64,000 nucleotides of DNA from Perkinsus chesapeaki ATCC PRA-425 (taxonomy: Eukaryota; Protista; Perkinsozoa). Below the pieces are notes generated by a model. It saw only the letters and a program-made list of their open reading frames with translations, ran no database searches and was not told the DNA's origin. The DNA is taken from the NCBI GenBank assembly GCA_013115145.1, contig JAAPAO010000085.1:1-64000 (forward strand), written 5' to 3'. A program made the position numbers and the translations under genes. Shown in pieces: positions 11,640 through 23,300 of this stretch. Each line of letters begins with the position of its first letter. Within the stretch, counting starts at the first letter, position 1.

Positions 11640-12701
11640 CTAACGCCACATGTGTACAAAATAAAGAGACCAATTTGCAGGAGTATTTTCATCGATATTT
11701 CGTATATATGTATGAGCCTTGACTAATCGTATCGTCTTGTACCTTCCGAAACCACGCGGAGCGTCATGTACCTGTTGACTGATGAAATATGCCTTTCCGG
11801 TAGCATCGGATGCACCGAGGCTATCAAACAAATAGTCGTTACTGCCAAGTCAACTAACATTTTCCTCAGTTGGTGGATGGCCCGAAGTACAGTCCCACAA
11901 GACAAAAGCATCTTCATATCCATAACGACAGAAGGAAGAGCCCGCGATTGGATGAAGTTGCCAGGGTACGTTGACCTTTTGTGTTTTAACAGTAAAAGGG
12001 AGCTCGGGTGACCATCTTGTAAGCGCCGTCACTCTAAACGCTCTGTCTGCACTATACATAATCTTTACTATAGTGGGGTCCACAGATGTTGCCGTTAAGT
12101 GATAGACCCGATCATATGGCCTTTTTGGGCAGGTTGACCATATACCTGCGAGTTCATCCAGTCTAGCCAGACTGGTGTGGAAGACTTCAGCGTATTCATG
12201 CCAATCGACAACAAAGAACACCTCATCCTTCATGACAACCATTTTAATTGGCCATACACCAAGCTTACTCAGTAAAGGTATCTTATACACTTCATTAACC
12301 TTGTTACCTTTAACATCATAATCAAGCAAAGACGGACCATCATCATCGTATAAGACATATAAATGAGAGATATCAGCATTATAATAAAAGGTGGCCCTAT
12401 TTTCATTCGTCTTAGCTAAGGTCTCAATGTCACCGAAGGGATGAAGCGTCCTCTTATTAATCGTATCACATTCGACAAAGATACCATAGACCAGGCCACC
12501 TCTTGCGAAGATAAAATCGGGCTCTCTTTCGACATTTAAAACTATCTGTTCCATGGGGCAATTCAAGCTGAGCAGAGGCCGGGGGATGTAGGCAAGTATC
12601 TCAGCCAACAACATAAGTACAGGCTCGAGGGACGAATGCTCATCCCAAAGCTTCTTCACAAATAGACAGCGAAGTGCTTGAGCCTCAGATGGACGAATCA
12701 T
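11640..12701 (-). pseudogene. F-box-like family member (type B) with one in-frame TGA at 11850-11852
   Basis: Starts MIRPSEAQALRCLFVKKLW...LEPVLMLLAEILAYIPRPLLSLNCPMEQIVL. After the TGA the same frame continues LGSNDYLFDSLGASDATGKAYF...IRLVKAHTYI, homologous to the C-termini of 13109-14038 and 53769-54806. Confidence 0.8.
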
Positions 12702-13108
12702 TAGGGGATGGTTAAACGAGCACTTTATATACTCGAACACAACTTGAAGGAATAATGAAAGCCAATAACATGAAACAGAGAATCAGGAAAAATGATAATA
12801 TATACAACACTCAATATGCTGCTGCACGCAAGCAGCACAGGCAGGTATACCTTGGCTTAGCTGTCGACACCAACTAGCGATGTTGGTGTTGCAGCAGCAA
12901 ATTACAAGGAGCTTTTGTAGTAGAATATAGAGCAGTGTAACGGTACATTAGATGAGTTGCTACTATATAGTACTTCGGCAATATACAGTCTATTTCATTT
13001 GAACTACCTTCACGCCCACCAGTCGCACACACTAATTGTTTCACTTCTTTCGTGAACCCCCGCGAACTAACACCATACATGTAAGATTGCTGAGACTGAA
13101 TGGGAATG

Positions 13109-14038
13109 TTAGTTATCAATATTTCGTATATAAGTATACGCCTTAACCAATCGTATAGACTCATCTGGCACCCTCGCAGAGCGTGGATCTCTATATCGCC
13201 TTCCTCGAAGAAAATAAACTTTACCGTTGCCATCTGAGGCTGCAAGGCTGTCAAATAAGTCACCAGCACTGTCGAGCTGTCCACAATCTTCTCTTGCTGG
13301 TATATTGTCAGACGTACAGTCTAACAGAATGGAAGTACCTTCATCGCCATACCGGCCAAAATCCGAGCCCACGATTGGATGAAGTTCGGAAAAGCTACGA
13401 CATTTACTCCTCCATGGCTGAGCAACAAAAGGGTACTTGGGCGTCCACCTCTCAAGGGTCGTTGCTGCAAAGCCGTAATTCTTCTGATCCGAATAAAATA
13501 ACCTAACTGCAGGAGTTTCTCTCGGTAACGGCGCAAGATGGAAGACCAGATGACGGCTGCTTATATATATATCACATATTCCAATGAGTTCTTCAGGCGT
13601 GGCCAAGTTGACGTGGAAAACTTCGATTTCTTCATGCCAATCGACAACAAAGAACACCTCATCCTTCATGGCAACCATTTTAATTGGCCATACACCAAGC
13701 TTACTCAGTAAAGGTATCTTATACACTTCATTAACCTTGTTACCTTTAACATCATAATCAAGCAAAGACGGACCATCATCATCGTATAAGGCATATAAAT
13801 GAGAGATATCAGCATTATAATAAAAGGTGGCCCTATTTTCTTTCGTCTTGGCTAATGTCTTGGCTTCCCCTAGGGGATTTAAAGCTCTAAGCTGGATGGC
13901 ATCTGGACAGGCGAAGAGTCCATAAACCACATCTGATGTTGCAAATATATAGTTTGGTTCGATATCAATGTCCAAGATGAACTCCACCATGGGGCAGTTC
14001 AAAGTGAATACTGGAGGTTGATCAGCATCGTGGACCAT
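13109..14038 (-). CDS. F-box-like family member (type B) lacking the family N-terminal cassette, intronless
   Basis: 309 aa ORF. Homology to the paralogs begins only at PPVFTLNCPMVEFIL and ends with the family motif IRLVKAYTYI. Confidence 0.75.
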   Translation of the reverse strand: MVHDADQPPVFTLNCPMVEFILDIDIEPNYIFATSDVVYGLFACPDAIQLRALNPLGEAKTLAKTKENRATFYYNADISHLYALYDDDGPSLLDYDVKGNKVNEVYKIPLLSKLGVWPIKMVAMKDEVFFVVDWHEEIEVFHVNLATPEELIGICDIYISSRHLVFHLAPLPRETPAVRLFYSDQKNYGFAATTLERWTPKYPFVAQPWRSKCRSFSELHPIVGSDFGRYGDEGTSILLDCTSDNIPAREDCGQLDSAGDLFDSLAASDGNGKVYFLRGRRYRDPRSARVPDESIRLVKAYTYIRNIDN

Positions 14039-14187
14039 TAGCGATTGTCAACCTCAGATTGACTTCACCATTACTGAACAATACAGACTTTAACACAATA
14101 CAATTGAATGACAAAAGTCAATAACATGAGCAGGCAAGCATGATGACGGATAGAAAAACAATGTAACCGGGTTAGTAATAGGACATA

Positions 14188-15933
14188 TCAAGACGACCCC
14201 CGCCGCGTGGAGGCTTGGCTTTGCCTGGCCAAAACTAACCAACGATGTCTTTCGTATAAGTCAGTAGCATTTGGACGCGCCTCAGGATCTCTAATTGTAC
14301 CTGAAGTGGATACTAGGAAGACACTAATCAAATACATACATTGGTGGACAAAGTCCTTGCAATCATCGGTAACTAACTCATCGGCACCATCCTTCTCGGG
14401 CACTTCTGGCCCACCACTCGCTGTGGAGATACGCATTACCTGCTTCAAGATAAGATACTCTGCCGACACATATCCTTTACTGCTGCCATTATATTATCCA
14501 ACTTCCCCCAAGGTGGCTCAGCAGTTAACATCTCCACCACCATACATCCCACTGCCCATATATCAGCCTTTCGTCCATGTCCAGCACTACCAACAACCTC
14601 TGGTGCCATCCATGGTACAGAGCCTGTTATGGTATGGGTTAGGATGGTATTCTCTCCTCCATTGCTGGCTTCCTAAACCAAACAGGAGTAACAGCAATCA
14701 GGGGATGTGAAGGCAGCAACAGCAGCTACCAGAGTGTCGATCCTTTTAGAGCAGCCGAAATCGGACACCTTAACTGTTCCATTGAGTGATAGAAGGACAT
14801 TAGCACATTTAAGGTCTCTATGGACTATGTTACGTTCATGAAGGTAAACTAACCCACTTATGACCTATCGTAAAAGGGGTGTTCAGTATTATTAGCCTAT
14901 TCACACCTGATAAGTATAATGCCTTGACGTTCGCTCATCAAGCGGGCCAAGCTGTTTAAGAAGGGTCTGTAGGCATCCACCAGGCATCATCTCCTACTAC
15001 CAACATTACCAACGTTTGGTTGATGAAGCTTACCAGGAATATACACACTGAATGTGGGCGCAACTCCACGCCATAGAATTTAACAATATGCGGATGATCT
15101 AGGCCTTGTAATAGTTCAACTTCTGCCATTAATGACTTTGCTAATGTTGAGTCTTTATCATTATCCATATCAACATCCATCTGTTTGATGGCTAGTAGTT
15201 GACCAGTGCCACGTATCATTCCTCTAAATACTCTACCATTTGCACCCCGTCCCAGCTCTTCCCCTCTAGACCTGACTCAACCACCAATAAAAACACATAT
15301 TATAAAGCCTTACCAAGTGAAATCGATTGTACTTCTAAGGACCTTATCCCCCGTAGGGCTCTGAATAAGGCTTTGTCCAGTAGGTGTGATAGGAGGCGTT
15401 AGACTAGCTCTCTCAGGTTTAGCCGCTTCCCGGGGCAGCGGTGGAGGTGGTGGCGGTGGTTTTTTCTTGTCCTTCTTTTTCTTAGCCGATGGTGTCATTA
15501 ACGTTGGCACTTGTGGTGGTGTGACTGACCCCATACGTGGTGTAGCCTTAGCACTCGCCGCTGCAGTAGGTGTAACTGGTCTATTATAAGGTAATGTCGG
15601 CAGCCCTGGTGGAGCCTCCCCTTCATAATGTACTGCTACTTTCCTAGGCGTCGATCTAGCCGATGCCCCATTAGCCCCTATTGTTATTGGATGTGGTCTA
15701 TTTACTTTACCAGATGGCCCCCCACCATCATCAGAATGCCTTGGTTTATTTCCAGTGTCTGAAGGGATATTCTCCAACCACCCACATCATGACTTACGTC
15801 TATACGACAACCCAGTAGACTTCTTCTCCCCCTTCTTTGATGATGGACCACCAGATGATTGTCTCTCTCTAGTCTTCTCAACTGGTTCCTGTTCATCCAC
15901 TTTATATTCTAATGATGATGTCTTACACCCCAT
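14188..15933 (-). CDS. Ser/Thr protein kinase, STE11/MEKK (MAP3K)-like, multi-exon
   Basis: Exons encode [67 protein letters not shown] and [12 protein letters not shown]. The first exon reads [17 protein letters not shown] and ends at a GTAAGT donor. A Pro/Lys-rich linker precedes the kinase domain. Confidence 0.85.
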
Positions 15934-16122
15934 TTACCAACATTTTAACAAATCACACTTCCGTTGCTCGGAATGCTCCGTGCTGCTTCGCTCCGCTAAG
16001 ATTTGAAAACACTGTGACGATTCTGCGCAGAACACAAACGTCAACGTTAATCGCTTGTGAAGCTGCTGTATTGCCCAAACGGCGGTAGGGTTGATTAGAC
16101 TGTATAAGTTTGGTTGTTAACA
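15934..16122. promoter_or_regulatory. Putative bidirectional promoter (kinase / SAM50 head-to-head)
   Basis: Divergent start codons at 15933 (-) and 16123 (+), about 190 bp apart. Confidence 0.4.
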
Positions 16123-18235
16123 ATGGCAAAGGAGGAAGAAGATACACCATTGGAGGCCACCACTGAGATGCCACCTGAAATACATAAAGTACAAGATGAA
16201 AGGACACCAGAAATAAGGGTCCATGTGAAGGGACGACGGAGGCTTAATGAGGCCTTATTAGAAAGGTAGGTGAAGTGGTGGGCTGGGGAAGGGCTGTGGT
16301 GATGGGTATGGTAGGTTCATAGGGCCACTGCGAATGTGTGATACTTATGGTGAACTGCACGACACATTAAATCAAACAATAAGGGACTTGGAGGATCTAG
16401 ATGCATTTGAAGACATCAGAGCTACTGTTGATCATATGCCTGGGGTAGGTAGTTGCTCAAGGCTTGCTCTATGTGGTGTGGTTTAGTCGCCTGCAGGCAG
16501 TGCTGATGTTACAATAGAAGTGGTGGAGAAACAGAGGAACTATGAAGCTGGTGTGGATATGAATAGGATGGGGGAACCGGGAGCTGGTAATGATAAGGGA
16601 AGGAGAAAGAGAAGGAGTTAGCCTTATGTCAGATGCTACTATGAATATACCATACGTTTTTGGTGGCCTTAGCTCTATGTCTTTACGCTTTAATAAGGCA
16701 TGGCCAGGCTCGCAGATGCTAAATGCCACACTTACTATACCAAAGGTAGTAATGGTAATACTGGGATAAGGGATATGATGTTATTAGTTGAGGGGTGTTG
16801 GTATAACACCAGCATCGGAAGGATGGGAGCTTGATTTGGAGGCAACTAGGGATACCAATGATCATCGGACATATTCAAGCTGCAAGGGGATATCTACAGG
16901 GTTGGCTGCAGTATTCACAGATAGAGCCACTGGTCGACATACCATCACACTGAGCTCTGCCTTGAGGGATCTACTACCTGAGATACAACCGGCGCAACAG
17001 GCTGAGGACGGGGGTGGAAGGGAGGCTAATAAAAAGCCTTCTGCATCTTATGCTGTCAGAGGAATGCCATTACGTAATAAAGGGGAGGTGAGGTATGATG
17101 ATAGTGGGGTCTAATGATAGGGAATATGAAAACAAGTTTGAAGTATGCCTATACCAGAGATAATCTATTATTTGATGATAAAGAGGAGGGCAGCAGTCAT
17201 GCCATTGGAGGCTCTCTCTTGCATGCTTATGTTGACCTCACGCCAGGCGTGTTGGGTAAGTGATAGGAGGAGGGTTGAGATGATGGTGATGGAGTAGGCG
17301 ATGTGAAGTTCCTTAAATTGGCTGGTTTATCCCAATATTGTGGATACCTTTGGAAGGAGCATGATTGGACTTGGCAGGCTGGGGTAATACAACATTATCT
17401 CTCCATCTATCCATCACTTGGCAGCTCTCTGGAGGTGTTATCCTACATCCACCAACTAAAGGCCAATCACCACCTGTCACACCCTACCAGGACAGGTACG
17501 CTACTCATCACATTTGTTGTCTTAATGCGTCCTTCAGGTTCTTTCTAGGTGGTGGTGCTGTTGATCCCATTTCTGGTATGAGAGGCTTCCGATATCACTC
17601 TGCTGGTCCGGCAGCCCCTCGAGTCGGTGGGGCTCCTGGCGGTGTTCAGACGTAAGGCATCTTCGCTGTGAGGTTGGTAGTATCTTTGTAAGATATGACT
17701 ACACTGGTGGTGATATGCTCCTCACTGCTCATGCTCAAGCATCAATGCCCATCACTTGGCTTAATAATATCAAAACGTCATCCAATGACACTCCTCCGAA
17801 GGACTATGCCGAGGAGGTAAGGAATGGAGGGGAATGCTGCGAGCTGATGTGGATTTAGTTTGATGATGATCGTGATGATGGTACACTCTCCCTCAACTTG
17901 AGAGCCTTCGCATTTGCCCAGGCTGGATGCCTTATTGAGAAGCCACAATTCAACAGAAAGGTAAATCACCATTGTCGCCTATTGGTGTTACACTTTCACT
18001 TCAGCGTTTATTCGAGGACGCCAAGGAAGGCCTTCGGTCATCCGCGGGAATTGGTTTGTCTTTACCATTCCTTGGCACTAGTAAGTTACTTGTATGTTTA
18101 TTTAATATTATCCTATTAGATCTATTGGAGTTAAGCCTTGCCTTCCCAATGGTTAAAAAGGCATCTGATGCCATACAACGAGTACAACTTGGTGCTAGAA
18201 TACGAGGATTATTACCAACAGCATCATGGAGCTGA
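16123..18235 (+). CDS. SAM50: Mitochondrial outer-membrane Omp85-family insertase SAM50/Tob55, multi-exon
   Basis: POTRA-like N-terminus (IRVHVKGRRRLNEALLE...TIRDLEDLDAFEDIRATVD...IEVVEK). Barrel motifs DRFFLGGGAVDPISGMRGFRYHSAGP, YTGGDMLLTAHAQASMPI, LRAFAFAQAGCL, LRSSAGIGLSLP and LELSLAFPM...DAIQRVQLG follow the order of the conserved SAM50 C-terminal strands. Confidence 0.85.
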
Positions 18236-18533
18236 TTGTCTATACCAATCGAGTGTTTCAATAAACTCAACAACATCAATAACAACAACAGTGTGAGACC
18301 GTCTCTTGTTAGCATCTTGAGTTGGCCAGTTTGGAAGGGTGATGCGATCCCGAATATATCGGTTTAAGTCGGAATGCTATAAGTTAGCGACATCATTTGC
18401 CACCCCGTTGCACTTGTCCCCTCATTGAGGGGAACTAACATGACTCAACACCTGCTGTGATATAAGAAAAACAGATAACCTCGGATGTTGGATGAGCGGG
18501 TAGATAAATCCAATTTGATCGCATAACGTCATA

Positions 18534-19526
18534 TCAGTTGATATAAGGATAAAAACAAAGCACGCTGTAGCTCGTGTTGGAGAAGCTTGTGGCTCTGGTG
18601 TACTTTGTGCACGACGCTACGAGGTAAAAAGCATCATGGTCAGCGCTAATGCATGAAGTATAGGTCAGACGGCCCGGCAGGCTGCAGTCCTCCGACATTC
18701 TCTTCAGTTGGCTATTAACTATATAACCCTTCGTTCCAGATGTAGCCACGTGTAGCCCTGACCCAGGTAGTAGTTCAGTGTTAGCTGCTATACTGTTTTT
18801 ACGTCTTTCTTCGAATACCATCGGACACGCAGCCCTCGTCATGGCAAGTCTAACAGAAGTGTATTTGCCATCCATTTTATATACGACATCAACCATTAAG
18901 GGGGCCTTGGAGACTGCATGAAAGCCAATTAACTCGGCGGGTTGAGGGGATCGCCATATAACATTAATATCACCACATAGGCTCACGTGGAGAAGATCGA
19001 TGTACTTAGTATAGCTCCTAGATATTATACAATACTCGCTCCCTACAAACACGTGTTTGTCAATTACCAGCATCATGCTTGGCCAGTATGGTCTGGAGAA
19101 CAGATCAGGTAACTTATAGGTTTTGTGAGCCTTACCAGCCTTAACATCATAATCGAGTAGAGTGGGACCGCCACTGTTGTATAAGACGAAGAGATGAGAT
19201 GTATCTCGATCATAGTAGAAGGTTACCGTACAATCATCGGACTCTGCCAGAATTACTTCCTTACCCGGAATGGACCTGGCTTGAAGAGTGATGGCTTTTC
19301 CTTTCACAGAGATGGTATGTAGGACGTTACCTACGGCGAAGGCGAGAGCGGGCTTCTCGGCGAAGAGTATCTCTTCCATAGGGCAATCCAAGGTTAGTGT
19401 AGGTTCAGGAGTGTAGGCCATAATATCACTCATTAACTCTGGTAGTGGACCGATTGACATCGAATCCTTCCAGAGCCTCTCAACCATCATACAACGGAGG
19501 GCTTCAACGTGGGATGGTAGAAGCAT
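18534..19526 (-). CDS. F-box-like family member (type A), intact, intronless, dispersed copy
   Basis: 330 aa, MLLPSHVEALRCMMVERLWKDSMSIGPLPELMSDIMAYTPEPTLTLDCPMEEI..., collinear with 47665-48651. Confidence 0.85.
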   Translation of the reverse strand: MLLPSHVEALRCMMVERLWKDSMSIGPLPELMSDIMAYTPEPTLTLDCPMEEILFAEKPALAFAVGNVLHTISVKGKAITLQARSIPGKEVILAESDDCTVTFYYDRDTSHLFVLYNSGGPTLLDYDVKAGKAHKTYKLPDLFSRPYWPSMMLVIDKHVFVGSEYCIISRSYTKYIDLLHVSLCGDINVIWRSPQPAELIGFHAVSKAPLMVDVVYKMDGKYTSVRLAMTRAACPMVFEERRKNSIAANTELLPGSGLHVATSGTKGYIVNSQLKRMSEDCSLPGRLTYTSCISADHDAFYLVASCTKYTRATSFSNTSYSVLCFYPYIN

Positions 19527-19627
19527 TTAATTGCGTTATCTATTGACCCTCAACTATAGATTCGTTCTCAAAGGCTCTGCACGCATGCGCAAGCTCGTTG
19601 CGGTCAAAAAACGCCCGCGTGCTGCGC

Positions 19628-20222
19628 CTACTCCTGCGAGTATTCCTGTTCCCTTTGTTCACATATATATCCAATCGTAACTTACGACAACAACTCAATA
19701 ACACTCCATCGCAGAAACAACATGCCACCACTGTAGTATTCACACACCTCGAACATCTCTAATACGACTCGGTTCAACCTAAGATACGAATAATACTGAC
19801 TCCTGTCGCTACCTCCATTTACCTTCCAATATCTTTTAGATTCATCCAGCACCGCTTTGAATGTAATAGGTTCAGTCTCAGCTAATGTTGTTAATACCCT
19901 CCTCGATAACATCATATCACCAGTTCTCACACCATTAATAAAATGGGCATAAGGCATGTTATACTCTCGACTGGCAGCATTGAGTCGAGCTATCCAATGG
20001 CAACGATGAATTCTTGAACGCTTTTGTCGAGCGATATAGCTCCTCATCAGATCATGCATAACTCGCCCAATGGCCAATCTAAAGCACTTCTTAGTTCGAC
20101 CGTAACTGCCTCGAGCCTAACACACCAAACATCAAAGAGATGAGAGGACGAGCGTGGCTTACCATAGCGAACACCATTTCACGAGGGATCCTCGTGAGGG
20201 CTATCGGAGAGAGATAGAACAT
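19628..20222 (-). CDS. MRPL20: Organellar (probably mitochondrial) ribosomal protein bL20
   Basis: Spliced: MFYLSPIALTRIPREMVFAM|ARGSYGRTKKCFRLAIGRV...HWIARLNAASREYNMPYAHFINGV...LSRRVLTTLAETEPITFKAV, matching the bL20 WIxRINAA..R..G..YS.FI.GL and L.R..LA.LA..EP..F motifs. The 3' exons and stop position are less certain. Confidence 0.85.
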
Positions 20223-20336
20223 GAAACGAAATATGGCCTTCAAAGGATGGGTTATTAAGTGATGACTGAAAGCAACAACACTTGAGAGGTGCAGTGAAAC
20301 CAACGTGATGATGATGACAATAAATGACGTGGAGCT

Positions 20337-23300
20337 TCATCCTTCCATCGTTGCGGATCGTTTTGCCGCCGGTGGTGGCTCAGGCTGATCAGTGAGATCG
20401 CATAAGTCCTCGTCCGGCTGCCGCGTCCTCTTCCCGAACCGTATTGGTGACTCTTGCGTCTTGAGTGTCTCCACTTCACCATTAAGAATGGCTGACGTAT
20501 CCTCCTTCTTCCTCTTCAAACATGCATACACTGCCTCATCTGGAGAACCTCTCGCAATGAGGTAATGAATATCCACACAACTGAAGATAAAAACAATAAC
20601 ATTGAGGAGGAGGCTGTGAAGGAGGTATTTATTATTACTTCTTTGTTTGACCTATTCGATGTACCCTCGCCTCAGCCTGCTCTATTGTCCCAGGTACCCA
20701 ATATAGTTCAGCAAATACAACAACACTGGCAGCTGTAAGGGTGAGCCCTTCCGAACATGCAGTTATTGACAGTACGGCTATTATAAACCATTATCACCCT
20801 CCTACACGTTAATCCTTACCAACTCTTATGTCATCATCCTCTTGAAACTTCTTAACTAATTCAGGCCTCTTGGCTTGAGGCGTTTGTCCATCAATCCTTA
20901 TCATCCTAAATATGCCCATCTATGCCTGCCTCCCCACCCCTCCATGCTTGCCTACCCATACTTCTTCCCGGCTGAACTACCCTTTACATGTAAAATTCCT
21001 TCAACCTTCTCTTCTAGTTTATCAAGCATACTGCGATGATGAGCAAATACGAGCATTTTACAATCATTATCGAGGAGGTAGTCCAGATAATCCTGAGATG
21101 GCGGCAACTGTGAAGATCCCTACCATAGACAGCAGCAGCCTCACCTTCACAGCGCCTATCTTGGCTTCTCCTGTCTTCCGCCATACTTCTAAGAATCCTT
21201 CTGTTCTCTGCCCACTACCATTCATAATGCTATCTCTGCTGAGCTCCCTCATTGTCTTTTGTGCTTCTTGTACTTCAGCCAGCACCTTCTGTGCTTTATG
21301 ATCTGTTATATCCAATGGTACTTTAATTCTATTCTTTTCTGGTAACTCCTTCAACACATCCTTCTTAAGCCTTCGTATCATAATAGTGCCTAACAGCAAC
21401 AGCAGTGGCAGCCCCATCACCTCCGTACACTATAACCAGCCCTACTAGTTAAGAGGTTATATAATTCCTCCTTGTTCTTGGCACCAATCCATTTATTAAC
21501 TGTCCTGCCTGAGGACACGCAACACCATCATCCTCACCGTAGTAGCGCGAATGTTCCAATGCCCACCCTTCCCAATGTGCTGCTGCTCCTTTATACAGTA
21601 TCGTTCATGGAACTTATGCTCACTTGGGAAGTCCTCTGAAATGCCACCCTTCCACTACCGCAGCGCTACTAAGGCATTACTTAATAGGCAATAAAGGATG
21701 TTGTATAGCTCAGCTGCTCTATTGAGGGCAGGTGTACCCGATATGAGTATTGCCCTATTAGCCCTTTGTATAACAGGAATAACCGCTTTAGTTCGCTTGG
21801 CTTTGCTATCCTTTATTGCATGGCATTCATCACAAATGACGACTTGGAAACTATAAAGCATGATTTAATGCAGCAGATGATAATGGATATAGTACTACTT
21901 GGAGCCATTGGGTCGTGTTTGGAACTTTGCATTGTTCATGAGAGGATACCCAACAATAACGAATTTGGCATCATTCAGTACATTATCCTTCCCCGTCATT
22001 ACAACCTATCCAATGGACCCTACTACCATCCACAACTTATTGACCTACCTGGACTTCATCACCTCTAACCTCATTCTTCAACCATTCTAATATCTGATCC
22101 TTCCATACAAACTTAAGACTCGGTGGGCATATAACCAACACTGGCCATTCTGTTCGATATGCCAATGTTGCTGCCAAAGCTTGAAGTGTCTTTCCAAGCC
22201 CCATCTCATCCCCGATAAGACATCTCCCTTTCCTCTGTAGTGCAAACTCCACCCCTGCCCTCTGATATGGCTTTAAAGGTGGTCGAATGACATCTATCGC
22301 ATCTGGTAAAGGTATGACTTCAGTCGGGATTGGATTACTAGATAGAACTGATAATACGAACCTGCCAATACCTTATCACTGTCTGACACGGCCGATAGAC
22401 CTTTACTTTGGTATTGGCTCAACTACAGCTACACCAGGTATCTTTCTAACATCAGCGATGACCTTATCGATTATCTTCTCTCGACTGGCATTTGGCATAA
22501 GCGTTTCATTTATGATAAATTCTTTAACTCCTCGTGCACTTCTCATTAAAATTGGTGTCTCGAAGCTACTTAGGAAAATGAAATGACCAGGCATGTAGAG
22601 CTGATTACATGAGAGCCCGCCAAAGATCATTCGGCAACCAGTCATCGTTGACTAGTTTAAGCGTATTGTTGCTGCCGACTTCAATACGGAAATTATACCT
22701 GATATTATTCGACCTAGGCAAGTGGGGCATGGACCGCTCACAGCTTCCCATTTGATGCAGGTGTTGGTTTATATGAGCCAGCTGGAGCAGACTTGGTGCG
22801 GTAAGTGGCCGACTGATCTTGTTGATTGAAGAATGCGGGTAACGGGCCACGAGATATAGGTTGTGGTGTCTGGTAAGATGCCATCGACCTGGATAAAGGA
22901 ATGGCTGTTAGTTATATGATTATCCATTACCCAGCGAAGGGCTTGGTAACCTTATTGGGGTCGTAGGTAGGCAGCCCGCACCCTACACTTGGTGGTTGGC
23001 TAGAAAGGGAAGTGCTGAAGATACTTCAAGTTGTTCAAGAAAGAGGATGCCCTACCGTGTTGCGGGTGGTGGTGCCGAGTAAGCGTAGTCACCAAAGGTA
23101 GGCAAGGGTTGTGGTCGGCTGTTGTTATTCTGTGGATGCCAGGCACTAGGGCGTGGAGGCTGATAGCTACTACTGTGGGGAGGGATGGACTGTGAGGCGA
23201 ATCTAAGGTTGAAGCTTGCAGTTTGTAGGGTGGTGGCGGCATCCTACCGATTATTTGTATCATTAGATGCCCCACCTTGCAGAAATGCCTTGAATAGTGC

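Noticed and set aside
11850-11852. TGA recoding (selenocysteine or readthrough) in family members at 11850 and 49784
   Set aside because: The stops are at non-homologous positions, paralogs have Gln or Ser rather than Cys or Trp there, and TGA terminates ordinary genes in this window. Nonsense mutation is simpler.
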